Shown here in pieces: positions 19,902 through 20,000 of a stretch of DNA of 20,000 bases. Below the pieces are notes generated by a model that saw only the letters and a list, made by a program, of their open reading frames with translations, was not told the DNA's origin and ran no database searches. Positions within the stretch are counted from its first letter, which is position 1. Each line of letters starts with the position of its first letter. The stretch covers positions 58,013-78,012 of the forward strand of contig MEDY01000100.1 in assembly GCA_001724265.1 (NCBI GenBank), given 5' to 3'. This DNA is from Rhizaria sp. SCN 62-66. Lineage: Eukaryota. The position numbers and the translations under genes are program-made.

Positions 19902-20000
19902 TTAGCAGTGCTGCGAGAAGAGCGACAGCGAGGCCAGCAGACCGTAGCGCGGCGACGCGAAGGTCACGGGCTCACGCAGAGGGTCGACAGGCTCGAAGCT
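19902..20000 (-). CDS. 3' end of a convergent gene, ...SFEPVDPLREPVTFASPRYGLLASLSLFSQHC*
   Basis: GC-rich with mostly G/C-ending codons in this frame, TAA at 19904-19902, then GT-rich (minus strand) UTR-like sequence. Too short to identify. Confidence 0.6.
   Translation of the reverse strand, partial: SFEPVDPLREPVTFASPRYGLLASLSLFSQHC

Noticed and set aside
1..20000. Alternative genetic code, frameshifting, CRISPR arrays or prokaryotic defence systems
   Set aside because: All frame breaks are explained by canonical GT-AG introns; TGA and TAA act as stops; repeats are coding microsatellites without spacers.

Overview
Eukaryotic (protist-like, flagellated) genomic DNA with very GC-rich exons and AT/pyrimidine-rich introns and intergenic spacers; nothing prokaryotic, no rRNA/tRNA/CRISPR or recognisable mobile element. 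Four genes. (1) Minus strand: a three-exon CFAP57/WDR65 (FAP57) ortholog, ATG at 3691, running off the left edge; its large third exon is absent from the ORF track. (2) A divergent plus-strand ORF, 4575-8750 (1391 aa), almost all low-complexity, with an NLS-like motif, four clustered SUMO consensus sites and two small ordered-looking islands. (3) A plus-strand three-exon gene, 9753-19454, splicing to a 3147-aa mostly disordered protein of unknown function. (4) The 3' end of a convergent minus-strand gene, 19902-20000. All four coding-region introns share the donor AG|GTACG. All three start codons sit 1-13 nt downstream of an acceptor-like CAG (5'UTR introns or spliced-leader trans-splicing). 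The divergent spacer holds an 11-bp inverted repeat and a cluster of palindromes. I could not establish a new biological system; these are the best leads.
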